A program made the translations under genes and the position numbers. Positions 48,951-61,453 of a DNA stretch of 64,000 nucleotides are shown here, in pieces. The notes under the pieces are model-generated. The model worked only from the letters and a program-made list of their open reading frames with translations. It was not told the DNA's origin and did not search any database. Numbering within the stretch: position 1 is the first letter of the stretch; each line of letters starts with the position of its first letter. This DNA comes from Raillietiella orientalis (taxonomy: Eukaryota), in NCBI GenBank assembly GCA_036172245.1, contig JAYWIR010000001.1, positions 8,556,001 to 8,620,000 of the forward strand, written 5' to 3'.

Positions 48951-51900
48951 TGGGATGCCATGGCCAGCGTTCGTGATTATAGAAGCAAAAGGGAACGATG
49001 GCAGAGGGAGAGACAATGGAGACAAGAGCGCAGCGGTTTCTTTCAAGAGCGGTTCTTTTGGCAAGGAGCAAATTGTCTTTCGGGAGGATACAGGACATGG
49101 CTTCGATACCTGTTTGTACACGCTTCTTGCACCTAAGTATTGGTTTCTATGATGGCATTCCTTGCTCAGAGTCACTGAATAAAGCTCTGAGGAATGATGG
49201 AAAGAAATGATTCTCTCCTTCTTTTTCTTTCCTTCTTTTTTTTTTTTTAAAAAAAAAAAAGAAAAACAAGAAAATGCGATTGCGATAATTGCGACCTGGA
49301 TGGGAATCTTCGCACTATCCACCGTTGCTATTGGTGCTATCTGGGTGTACCCAGCTGCTTCGTTTTTGCTTTCGTTTTCGAAGAGAACGGAAGCACTCCT
49401 AGCGGCTTGCTTGCATGCTGGCGGTGCTGCTGCTACGTGCAGGCGCGTACCCACTGCTCTTTTTCTCTCATTCCTTCCCCTCCCCATGCTGGAGTCACTG
49501 TGTCGCGTGCACGTGCGACAGATGGGCCGGCGACGAGGGCCGCGCGTTCTTCGAAGGCGGCGGCGTCTCCTCGTTCCCGGGTTCGCGACCAGAAAGTCGG
49601 GAATAATCGCGAGGGAAGGAGCCCGTCGGACTTGCTCTTCATTCGCCTCGACGCTTTCCCACTCGGTGTCCCGCGATTCAGCTGTCGCTTGTTCTCTGTC
49701 GCCTTCCTCTCAAGTACAGGGAGAAGGTGGCACTCGAGGAGGAATCCCAGCTCGCCGGACAGGGGAACCGCAGGCGTCGTTCCACAGAGAAGCGAGGGGG
49801 GGTGGGGGGAGCGGATGGGAGAACGACTCGCCTTTGCTGAATCGGCATCACTCATCCTTTCAGAGAGTGGCGAGAAAGTTTCGCGGTGCTCCTGGTCCAA
49901 CGACGCAGCGTCCCGCGCAAATGGTTCAGGGGGAAAAAAGAAAGAAAGGAATCATGGTGGGGAAACGCGCGCGCGTGCGCGGTTGTAGCGAGTGCGTGCG
50001 TGGGTGGGTGTTTTCCTCTCTATAGAGCGAGCAGTTGCGTGCGCTCCGCCGGAGCAACGCGCCGCGGGAAGGAAGGCGCATCAACTATCTTCGCTGACAG
50101 ATTTGGGAGATGGAGGTGGAGGGAGGAGGCAACGCATTTCCTTCCTTGCTTGTTTATTGCTGAGGGAAACGCGCGCTCGAGTGCAAAGAAAAGAGCAGAC
50201 AAGAAACAAAAGGCACGCATGCACGCGCTCACACCTGCGTCGGGAACGCGTGCGAGTCGATGAGCTCATTTCGCAGTGTTCCCGGCATCAGCCTGTGGAA
50301 GCGGGAGCGATTCGAAGGGGGAGGATACGTGCGCTAGAGAGAGAGCGCTGCAGCACGCGTCGAGAACTCATCCGCACGTGGTAAAGGCGTGGCTGCCCGG
50401 AGATCCTGCTACGACACAACGACTCTCGGCCATCTCCCTTCCCACATCGTTTGCTGAAGAGATCCGAGAAGCAGGCAGAATCCCAAAGGGTTCCTCCCCC
50501 CCCCCTCCTCTTTCCCTCTCCCCTCCTCCTTCCCTCTCCCCTCCTCAGCATTCTCGTCTTCCATTCTCGAAAACTACCGGGAAACAAGCCACTTCCGTGA
50601 GGATGCGGCAAGCAGGGAATGCGGGGAGTGAGCGCGCTCTCGGAACCCGTCGCTACTCGGGCAAAGAACTCCTCGTGTCTTCAACGAGCCTCCATCCATG
50701 GTCAAGCATCCCCCTCATGTCAGAGTGGCTCTCCTCGAATGTGCAGCAACAGGTCGGGAAACTCTCCTGCGCGCGCTTCTTGGCCCCTCCAAGCAAGGAG
50801 GACATCTCCCTGCTCCTCCGCGCGATATTCCGGAGCGCCGGAGTGCTGGTTCATGCAGGGTCAGCGGGAAGGGAGGAAGGAAGCTTCTCGTTTCCTCCTG
50901 CACGCGCAATCCCGGCAGCAGATGCGATTGCCCTGGCAGTTGCGAAAGCGGGGGCTCGCGGATTACCCGCAGCTACGAGCGCGTGCGCCGCACAGGTCTC
51001 GCGAGGGCTCTTTCCAGCCCTTCTTCGAGTGAGAGGTCCAGGTGTCCAAGACGCGGGGAATGCAACCGTTGCGAAGGTGGAGAAGCTGCACTGCCGCGAT
51101 CCGCACGCTTTCGCTTTGGGCTCCGTTGCTTCGCTGCCAACGCGAGAGGGCGCCTCACCATTTCCGGTTCCGGGCGCGGTGACCTCGCGTCTGCTCTGTC
51201 GGCCCCGTGATCATCGGCGTGCGCACGCGCCTCCTCCTCCTCACACGTGCCGGGGCGGGACTCAGCCGGGGTGGCGGCTCCCCTCCCCCTCGCCGATGGC
51301 GCGTCACGTGTGTCATCCCGCGTCGTCGAAGCCTCCAGAGCGGCTCTGCGATACCCGGCGACGCGACCGTGCGCTTCATCCCCCTCGGCATGCGCGCACG
51401 CCTCGGCCGCCTCGAGCAGAAGCGGAGACCGCTTGGCGCCGAAAGAAGGGCCGAGCTCCGACGGGACCTCGCCGAAGTCACCATGCCCGGATCTCCCCTT
51501 CCTCCCGGCCAAGCTGTCCACCCAGCGACGGCATTTGATGCTTCAGGGCCATCCGGACGTTCCCCTCTTACCACCCTCGCCAGCGTCCTATGGCGGCGGC
51601 AAGCAGGAAACGGGAGGCACAGGAAGCCACGACAGACGAGCGGCAATGGATTCTTTCCATGTAGGGGTCTTTCGGGATCGAAGAACTCCTGCCCTCGTCA
51701 CCCCACTCCCCGATCCTGCTTTAGGGAAAGGGCCATGGAGCCGTTCGAGCTGCGACAAAGAGCGTGAAAAATCGGGAAGGCTGGCATCCTCCTCCCTGCA
51801 TAGGCAGGGATTGATTGAAAGGGGATTTCCTTCCTTTCTATCCTCCATTTTCCTTCTTCCCGCAGACAAGACTCGTCCACGGTGTTCCCCGTGGGAAGAA

Positions 51901-52299
51901 AGCGGCGGTCTTGTCCAGAGGGGCAGGGATGAAAGGAGAGAAAGTCTGCTCCCCAGTCCCAAGAGAACGTCCCGCGGCCAAGGGAGCACCGGAGAGACCG
52001 CCGGGGTGCCCCGTATGCGATCGCTTTGCCCGACGGAGAGGCGGCGCTCGCCGCAACGCGCGCCTTCTTCGAGAGCGGGCTCGGGCGGCGATCCTTTTCC
52101 TGTTGTGCGCGCGCCTGCCTGCTGGTACTTCGCGGATTGGGGCTGCCCGAAAGCAACGGGGCGAGGAGCGAGTCGAAGCGCCTACGGCTGGTGCCAACGG
52201 CACGCCGGAGGTTCACTGCCCCATCGACGCGGAGAAGCCTGCTGAGCCACAGGATGGAGATATTGGGTGAAGGAGTGGGAAGGAAGCTGGTGGTGGAGC

Positions 52300-52610
52300 A
52301 GGAGAGGGAGCGAAAGGAAGAGGAGGAAAGGAGGGAAAGGAAGAAGAGGAAGGGAGGAAGAGGAACAGGAGGAGGATGGAAAAAAGAAGGGGAGGAGAAG
52401 GAGGAGGAGGGAGGAAGAGGAAGTGGAAGAGGAGGGGAAAAAGAAGGGGAGGAGGAGGGGAGGAAGAGGAAGTGGAAGAGAAGGGGAGGAGAAGGAGGAG
52501 GAAGGGAGGGAGAGGAGGAAGGGAGGAGTATGAAAACAACCGGGGGCGGGAATCAAGGAGGGAAACGAAAAGATGGAGAGAAAAGAAAAAAGGAGCAAAA
52601 CAAAAAGCGT
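52300..52610. repeat. Purine-rich (GGA/GAA) low-complexity tract; pyrimidine-rich counterparts at 54200-54330 and 56030-56260
   Basis: Read directly. Confidence 0.85.
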
Positions 52611-55102
52611 CAGAAGAGCGAATCGGTGGCGAGGAAGAGGCGGCATCCCGGCCCGGGCGTCGAAAAAGAGCGAAGCGCAATCGATGGCTGCGGCCGGACA
52701 AGGAACGGAGCAGCGTGCTTCGCAGCGCAGGCGCGCCAGAGGGTTCCGGCTGATCGAGCGGACCGGGCCAGGTTCTCAAGAGGAAAAGGAGGAGCCAGAG
52801 GGAGGGGGAGCTGCGGCGCGCAAGATCTTGGTTGTTGCTGCTGCTGCAATCGTCCGCCAGGGCGGCGGTAGCGGTCTAGGAGAGCGCGGTTGTCCTGCGT
52901 CAGTTACGGCTCCGTCTTTCCCCTGTCGTCACGCCTGGACCCCCCCCCCCCCCGAGAAGGGGAAACGGCCAGAGATCGGGCGAATAGGCGCTCAGGGCAT
53001 CCCCCTCCAATCTCCCTCACCGTACCCTTCATCCAGAGTTCCTCCTCCATGAACCCTCCACCAATCTATCTACCAGAATTTCGGTTAAAAAAAGGGAACA
53101 GCTCGTCAAGTTGCCGCGGTAAATTCGGGAATCGATCGATTCAGCTCCGCACTCAGTCCCGACATGCTGACTCCATCTTCTTTCTCATCGCACCATCTCC
53201 ATCTTCCTCATGATCTTCCTGTCATCACCACCGAAAACGAGGTGGCCACGGTGAGCTTCGTCCTTCCTCTTCATCGGATCCCTCCATTCTCTTCTCCCCA
53301 CAACTCCGCCTCATCGCATCTATCGCTGCGCTGTCATCCCTGGTCCGAGGCCCTCCGGAAGCGCACCTTTCTGACAGTCGCCTTTTGCCCTCCGCTACCT
53401 CAGATCTGCGCCATCCCCTCCTTCTGGAAAGACTTGCTTTGGCTTTGACCGCCTCTGCTCCGTGGCATCGGTTCTTCCGGAGGCCGCCTCCTTGGTGCTG
53501 AAGACGCGTCCCTCGCTCGCCCTTCTCTTCGTCCTCGCCCGGCGGACGCGGCGCGGAAACTTCCACTTCCGCTCCTGCGTTTCCCGCTGGGCCGGAGAAG
53601 GAGCCTTTCTCTTTCCGTAGAAAGTCCGGGACCAGTAGCCTCCTCCCTTCGAGACGCCTTAAGACACCCTTTCGCGAGACCACGGGGAGGAATGACCTGC
53701 CTTCCGCGGCCGATCCACCTGCGAAGGGCGTGCGCGTGGGCGTCAGAAGGGCTCCTCCCTGGTGAGTTCCTGGCTGCTCAGGGACTGCTGCGCTCCTTGT
53801 CCTGCTCTCCCGAGGAAGCGCTCCAGCGCGCGAGAGGGGCTGCCTCGTACACACGGTCGTTTCCGTGCTTTCCTGGACCGGGTCAGGGGTCCGGAGGGAA
53901 GTCGCTCCTGAGGTGTCCTCAGAAACCTTGCGTTCTCTCCTGGTCCTCCTCCTTTCAATCGACGGTCGAACTCGTGTGACCTCCCATTCGGCGGACTTCT
54001 TCCCTGGACACTCCGCCAAATGCTCCCGTGCCCGCGCTTCCTTGCACTCCTCGGAAGATCTCGCGGTCCTGGTTGCTTCCTCGCGTGGTAGGGCGGTCAG
54101 GTGGCGGAGGCCGGAGGCGTCGAAGGACTTTCGGTCCGCTCTCCCTCTTCGTCGGCCTTCACTGCCACTCCTTGAGCGTCCTCCCTGCGGATTAGATTTT
54201 TTTCGCTCCTCCTCTTCTTGGTCTTCTTCCCTTCTTTTCTCTTGTCTTCCTCCTTTCCTCCTTCCTCTTCCTCCCTTTTTCCTTCCTTCTTTCGCTCCTT
54301 CTCTTTCTCTTCCTTTCATTCCTCCGCCTTCCCCACCCGTTTCCTTCCCATTTCTTTACCCAAGATCTCCATCCTGTGGCTCTACGGGCTTCGCGTCAGT
54401 GGCAGTGAAACTCTGGGAACGCGAACGGACTGACTTCTGGAGAGGACGCCTGCCCGGAAGCACGGAGACTTTCCCAAGGAGCAAGGAAGGTGAATCAAGT
54501 CCGCCCCTCCTTGGAACTAGCTGGCCTTGTTCCCGAGAAAGCAGCTTTTCCTCACTTCCTATCGTGGTACCGAGAATCGCGATGGCGCGCCCTCGCAGGA
54601 GGCATGCCGCTCGTGCTCTTCTCTCACCCTCGAGCACCTTCGGTGTCCCAATGGGACGCTCTGAGCAAGAGGTCTCCGGCTCCGAACGAAACCGCCATGA
54701 TTCATGAGGGGTCTCGCGGTCATCAATCAGCCCTCGCGGCGGGACCCGCAGTTGAAGAGGCGAAGGATGGTTGCCAGGTGAAGGATGATCGAATGTTGAG
54801 GTCCCTCGCTTGGAGGGGGTTGCAAGTGAGCAGGACAGCCGGGGTCAGGACAGAGTGTAGGGGCGAGGAAGGATGACGTGAATTTGAAACGGACACATCC
54901 CGTGCTGCCTTCTATCTTGGTGGCTCGTAGTCTCCGGCTCTCCATATGCATCTTCGGAAGGCTCTACGTCTTTCAGGGATGAGCCGGCTTCCGAAGTTTT
55001 GGAAGGGCACGCCGGGGTGGGAGGCGGGAAAAGGAGAAGAGAAGGGGAAGGAAGGGACCTCCTTGATCCACTCGCTTCACCTGCGTCCGTGCCCTTTTCC
55101 AG

Positions 55103-55325
55103 GAAGGTTCCTGTTCATCGCCGACACCAAGGGCTGCGCCGACTGTCGCATCCAATTCGAGAGCCCCTTCATCACGAAGCCCGGGGGGGAGAACTGCATC
55201 CTGCGCTTCAAGATCTACTCCTCCGACTTCTTGAGGACGTCCAGGAACTTCTACATCCTCGTGCGCATCAATTTCAACAGCACCATCGTCATAGAGATGG
55301 ACAACTTCCACCAGACGCCGAGCAG
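55103..55325 (+). CDS. MAM-domain receptor (Alk-like), coding exon 2
   Basis: cttttccag acceptor, phase 1 in and phase 2 out. Reads (G)RFLFIADTKG...FESPFITKPGGENCILRFKIY; strong GC3 bias. Confidence 0.85.
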
Positions 55326-57899
55326 GTGGAGTTTCCAGCGCATCGCGTGCTGGAGGGTGGGAGGAGACGCAGGGAAGCGCGGATGCGAGAAACGACTGGA
55401 AGAAAGGGGGGGGGGAGTGGGTTCCTGGCTTCATGGGGAGGCGGCCTTTCTTCTCTGCACAGCGTCTCGGGGAGGAACGAGTGCACTCGCACGCGCATTG
55501 GGAGGCGCGGCAAGAGAAGGTGACCCGGAGAGGAACTGGCGGCGGCCGTGGGATCGGAAGGGACAGCCTTCCTGGATTGACGCTTACCTCCTCCTCCCCG
55601 TAGACTGCTGTGCTCCAAGGAAGAGAGAGTGGGAGGGAGGGGAGGAGCGGGCCTCGAAAGGCGCATGCATTTCACGTCGGATTCCTTAAACCTCCTCCCC
55701 TCCTTTTTCTCCCGGTACTCCGGAGCTCTCCGGCAGGGAGAAGCTGCCTCCCAGCGGAGAACGCAATCCCAACTCTTCCCCCCTCCCCATCCTCGCGGCT
55801 TTGAGTGCTTCTCGGCGACGCTCCTCCCCTCAAACGTTCTTCGTGTCTCGCCCCGGCTGCAGACGTCATTCGCTGCCACCTACGCTTCCCGCCTGCGTCT
55901 CATTCCAGCCGACGATGGATCCGCGATTCGAGCGCCTCTCTCGGCACTATCGGAAGGATGCTGCTCTTCCTCTACAGAGGGAGATGGCGACGCGCGACCT
56001 CTGTTCCTTCCGTCCTGGATTTTCTGCGGCCTTCACCCTCCTCCTCCTGTTCTCTTTTTCCTTTTCTTCTTCACCGCCCTCTCTTCCTATTCCCTTTTTT
56101 TTCTTCCCTTCCTTCTCCTCGTCCTTCTATTCCTTTCCTCTCCTCCTCCTCCTCCTCCTATTCTCTTCTTGTCCTCCTCCTTCTGCTTGCCCTTTCTCTT
56201 CCTCCTCTTTCTTTACCTCACTTCCCCCTTTTTCCTTCCTCGTCCTCCTCCTTCCCCTCCGAACCACTTCATTCCCAACCTCTCCGCGAAGCACCCACTC
56301 TTGACTCCCTTCCTCTCTGAACTCGCAAGGTCGCTGGCGCACCCCTTCTCTGCCATCAGTCCTGCCATCTCGTCCTGAAACCTGAAACCGTGCCATCGAG
56401 CCATCGGTGGCACAGTCGGTCGATCCCTTTCCCACGGCGCGGCCTCCGGAGTCCTCTGCTGCGCGTGCGAACGAGAGCAACACCTCCGTGGACTTTTCCA
56501 TCGACCCCTCTTTCTCGAATTCCGCCGACCCTTTCGGCGCTCTCCTGGATGTGCGCCGGCCCTTTCTCTTCTCCCGGAGATCTCTCGGCGCACGCCCCCA
56601 GAGGCGGGCTGGTCCGCTAGGGATGCCAGCCGTCAGTGGGAAGCTGACCCGACGAGTGGTGTTCCCGCTCCTGCGAAGATGTCCCGCCCGATTTCGCACC
56701 CCTGGCTTGATGGATTGCGCGGGGGATCTCCAGGAAGGCATCCCGACGAATTTGTTTACCCAGGGAGTCTTTCCAAACACCATTTGTCAACGGGCTGCTC
56801 CATGTCACTCCCGTGTCAGATTCTGGGACGCGAATTTCATGAAAGGCACGGGGATGGGAGAGGGGACTCCCTTCTGGAAAATGCCTTCGAGGAGTAGTCC
56901 CCAGGAACGCCGGAAGGGGACGTTTTCCTGCGAGGGTTCCTCCCCCTTCGCGCCGGGTTCTCCGCCGCTCCGGGGGAGGCATGCGGCCCCCGCGGTTCGT
57001 GGGGCTCCTCGACCCTTACCTCCTTTCCTTACCTCGGGAGATTCTCCGCGACCCAAGGGCTCGCTCCCCCGTTCGTTCCCTTCCTTTTCCCCCGGCTCCC
57101 TCCCTCTCTCCCGGATGTGCGCGCTCGCGTCGCCGCCGGGCGACCCTCTGACGGCTTCCTGTTGCGACCCACCTCACCCCCACCCAAGATCCTCTAGGGA
57201 CGCGCCGTCTCTTTCACTTCCTCCCCTCCGGCCCCTCCCTAGTCCCCTCTGGGCGGGGCCCTCCAGATAAACGCCCTTTCCGTCCCGCCGTGGACCCAGC
57301 AAGCGTGAATGGACCGCGTCTCCTTAGCAGCTCGCTCGGTGCGTCCCCTAGCATCCTGGAGCTCCCCGAGCGCCTCGAGCCGGCGACTGGGAAGCCGCTC
57401 CCGGGCTCTCTCGTTCTCGTCAGCCCGTCTGGAGCCAGGGAGCTTTCTAGCTCCCTGAAACCTGGAATCCCCCGCACCCTTCCCCTCCCCTCCGCCGCCA
57501 TCGGTTCCCTGCTGTGCTCGGAGCCGCCTGGCTGCAGAAGGCAGTTCCGCCCGCAGCCCAGTAGTCTCTCCTCGGAAACCCGGAGCATCATTTCCCACCG
57601 GTGTCCCTTCCTTCCCGAAAGGTTAACAAGCAGAACTTCCGTCCACCCCTAAGCGGGCGGCTGCATCTTCCCGCCGAAGCGGGAGATGGAAACGCGGACG
57701 CGTCCTCGGGACCCAGAGCTCGCGGGGGGACGTTCGCAAAGAACGGGGCGAAAGGGGAGAGGCGATGTCTCCTTCGGGATATGTCCGTCGCTCTTTTTCC
57801 GACCCGTCTTTTTGAGTCCCAGAGTTGACGTGTCCCGCGGGCGGTCCACTCCCCTGGCAGCTGGACGCGCGCTTCGGACGCGGCTGCTTTCCGCGGCGC

Positions 57900-59300
57900 A
57901 GTCCATTCCAGGCTGGCTGCGGATCGCTCCGACGGGCATCGGAGGAGGGAGGAAGAACGGTCTTTGGAATCGAGGGCGAGCAGCATCACCTGCGACATCT
58001 CTGATTGTCCGATCTGCTGCCCAGGGTCCGCGCGAGCCTCATCGCCGACGCCTGGAGGCAGCTCGGCCCGCAGGGACCGTCGCAACTCCCGCGTGGAGCG
58101 CCAAGCTCCGGGGGAATTCGCGCGTTCTCCTCCATTCCACCCCAGGGTCCTGGGTGGAAGTCTGTAACTCCAGCTGCGCCGACGAACCGCGCTCCTCTTA
58201 AGCCTCACTCTTGCCTGCCTCCTGTGCTCCCTCGAACCCGGTCGCCACGGCTGCGACCTCTGAGGGCGGAGGCACCGAGCGTCGCGGGTTGGAATCCCGC
58301 TCGGGGGGGAGGCGTCGATGTCGAGAACAGGAAATGCATCTTGGGTTCCAGTTCCTCCCCCCCCCTGCCTACAAGATGACCTTATCCCGGAGCAGCACGG
58401 GTGGAAGCCGGATGCACCCCGTTGAGTGACTGGAATTGGACGTTGACCCTCCGGGGTCCTCCTGGGAAACAAGGAGCCTCTTCAGGGTTTCCCTCCAGTG
58501 AAGCCTTACCCCCCATCGGTAGGGACCATGGAGCTGGCTGTTTTATACCTCTCTAGAGTATGAAGAAGAAGCGTGCTGCTCCCTTTGGGAGCGACACTTC
58601 AGGGAAAATCTAGAAGCACCCGTTCGGGGTTGTTTTCAGGGAAGCGCCAACAAGGTGCGGTTCCCTTGTAGATGCCCTCCGCCCAAGAAATTCCTATAGA
58701 GGGTCCTTCTCAGATTCCCTCTGGAGGAGAAACGGGGAGTCCCTCTCCCTCCCCGGGATCCGTCCGAGAGAATGAGGAAGAAGCGGTTCCCTTCGGGGTT
58801 CCCTCCCAAGCGCGAGAGGAAAGGACTCCCTCCTCCGGAGCCCTTCTTGGATTTTAGGACCACCCCCCTATTTGGGCCACCCCTTCGGGCCACCCAAGCT
58901 GGAGAGTTGCTAAACGCACCCTCGGGTGACGTCAAGGAGCTTCGTGGGTCCCCCCTAGGGGGGCGGATAGTTCTTCAGTACCCAGCGGACCCGGCCGTAA
59001 TGCCGGTTCGGCCACGCCATTCCCGAAGTGCCCCCTTGGACTCCCCGTTTCAGTGTTGGGGCTCTACCTCCCACATGATTAGCCCCTTTTAGGATTAGCC
59101 TCCAGGATTCGACCTCTTCCCCTCCCCTTCCCTCCCTCCTACGTGCAGACATGAGTCTCCCGCCTTGGTTCCCCGCGCTGGACTCCCTAGTTGCCTGCCA
59201 TGCCCGTACCGGAGCTATGCGGCTGGTCCCCTGGTCATGTCCACGGGGCGCGAAGGCGGTATCAGTTTTCTTGACCCCGGGTCGCGGATCCTCGGCTAGG
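57900..59300 (-). mobile_element. Decayed Tx1/L1-like copy of the same family as 6350-7560
   Basis: 58500-58850 is collinear with 7145-7440 (ccatggagctgg, gcgtgctgc, ggttcccttg, ggttccctccca). RLMSARRREGRGG sits at the GGLG-like position. Confidence 0.65.
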
Positions 59301-60969
59301 GCCTGTTAGCGGAACCGGTTCATTCGAGCTGGGGCCTCGGTCCGAGTTCGGAGTTCGCGCCCGCCTGCTTGTAAGTGGCTGGCGTTTCCCGAGTCACTGC
59401 GGTGCACTCTGGCGGCGTATTTGGCGCCATCTCCGTTCAGGAGGTTCGCAGCCGAAGGGAGCGTCTCGCCGCAACCGTCCGATTTCGTCCCCCTCTTGGC
59501 TTTCCGTTGCTCCCAGAGGTCAACCGGCACGGCAAGGGAAGGGCGACCGCCCTCGAGCGAAAGACTTTCAAAAGTGACCGAAGAGTGTCCAGGTCAAGAG
59601 AAAGGAGTCACCCAGAAGGTGAGACTGCTTTCTTCTGAGGCTGCCACAGATGTCGTTCTTCTTTGGGAGCGGAAGAAGGGCGTGTCGGATCATCACCTAT
59701 GCCCGTCCCGCCATTTTTCTTCCGTGCGGAGCCAGGCCTTTTCCCGTTCTAGTGAGAGCCGGGACTCCCACCATGACTGCAAGGATCCGAAGGGGCGAGC
59801 ATCCCGGGACGCTTTTCCCTGCGCTAGGACGGGACCCTCGTCATTCTTCCGGATTTTTTGAGCAGCTGCTTTATCATTGGCGGATGGGAGATTTTTCTTA
59901 ACGTTGGACTCCGGAACGCGTTGTGCGATGGTGCATCTCCGCGTCTGTAGCAGGTGAATCCCGTCTAATTTTCCAGCGGGACGAACCCTTTCACTCTGCA
60001 GGCTCCGGAGCAAGAGAAGACGGGAGGGGGGGAAGGGAATGCGAGATGCGTAATCGTGGCGACGAGGAAAATTGCCTGGGAATGCGCACGATCTCGTGGG
60101 ATCGCGTCTTCTCTTCGAGCGGTTTCCTCCTAAGCGAAAGCCCTGTTGGCTGGAGACCGTACCACTCGATCCCTGCTCTCTGTCTGCTTCGGAATCGTCG
60201 TGGATGCTGAGTTTCTTTCCTTTCTTCCTCTCCTTTCTTTTCCGCCGAAGAGGAAATGCGCAGCTTGCACGCGCGTCTGTCCCTACGGTTCGAGAAGGAC
60301 TCAGAAAAGCGGGTAATTCCGAGGGGAGCGTACAAGGTGCAAAAAGTCCCGGAAGATCCCTGCTCTGCTCTTGGACGCAGGAGAGGAACGTGGACTCGTA
60401 AGACCCGGCCGCTGCCGACCTCCGGGCGGCGCTGCCTCCGCCGTTCAGCACGGACCGCCGTCGACGCTCGACTGCAACCCACCGCCGCGCGTGGGCATCG
60501 GACGAGCTCTGGTGCAGACCTTTCTTTCGCGCTGAGGCGGTCGCTGTGAGCGGATTCGCATGCTCTCCTCTCACCTTTTCGACCCCTACCCGATGCAGCA
60601 TTCGGGTGGCTTCTCCGGGGTTCTCTTCGGAGACAACCAGGGCGAGGATTCTCTTTGGGATTCCCTCCCAAGAGTCAGGGAGGAACGGACTTCTTCCTCT
60701 GGAGCCTCCCTGGGTTCACAAAGTGGTCCCTACGGGGTTACCATCTATAACTTGGAGAGTTCCAGGAAACCTTGAATGGACCGAATGGAGGGAACTCGAA
60801 AAGGTATTATTGGCTCTGTACTGGTGGTGGAGCGGTGCCTCCTAGCCCTGGGGAAGAAAGGAAGGGGAAAGTGGACGCGAGCTCTGAACCACCCCAGCAT
60901 TCGGAGCAAGGACGACCACGGAGTCTTCAACCTGCCTTCTCTCCGTCTCCCTGCTGCCCACCCCTCCAC

Positions 60970-61453
60970 TTAAAATTGCTTCTAAGCCGCGGCGCAGACG
61001 TGAATGCGACGGATGCGAATGGCATGGCACCCCTGTATATTGCTGCTCACAAAGGATCCTTCCCTGTCGTCTTGGAACTCTTTTATCATGACGCAGACGT
61101 GAACTGTGCAATGCGCGTGAAGGGTGACGCCAGTTCGCAGGGTTCCCTACTCCAGAAGAGGAACAAGGGAATTCCCGGGTCCGCTCCACCTTTCGATGAC
61201 GGAGCGCCTCACGGGTGCGAAGGGAGAGCTCCATCGAAGTACGTGAATGGAACAACTCCACGTCGCCTCCTACAAAGGGCGCTGCAAACTGGCGAAGTTC
61301 CTGCTGGAACACGGAGCCAACCCCAACGCGAGGGACGAGAACGGGATGACCCCTCTACTGGTAGCCATTAGACGGGAAAATATCGGAGTGGTGAGTCTCT
61401 TCCTGCATCACAAAGCTTGGACGCCTGCACACCGAGGAAGTCCTATCGACTGA
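60970..61453 (+). pseudogene. Frameshifted ankyrin-repeat fragment
   Basis: LKLLLSRGADVNATDANGMAPLYIAAHKG...HDADVN, and in another frame LHVASYKGRCKLAKFLLEHGANPNARDENGMTPLLVAIRREN. No intact start seen. Confidence 0.75.

Noticed and set aside
49200..58500. Many long overlapping ORFs of 200-420 aa in the ORF track (also at 7.5-12 kb, 24-25.7 kb and 59.7-63.6 kb)
   Set aside because: They are Arg/Pro/Ser/Gly-rich shadow frames of GC-rich or low-complexity DNA, open on both strands, with no domain motifs or codon bias.
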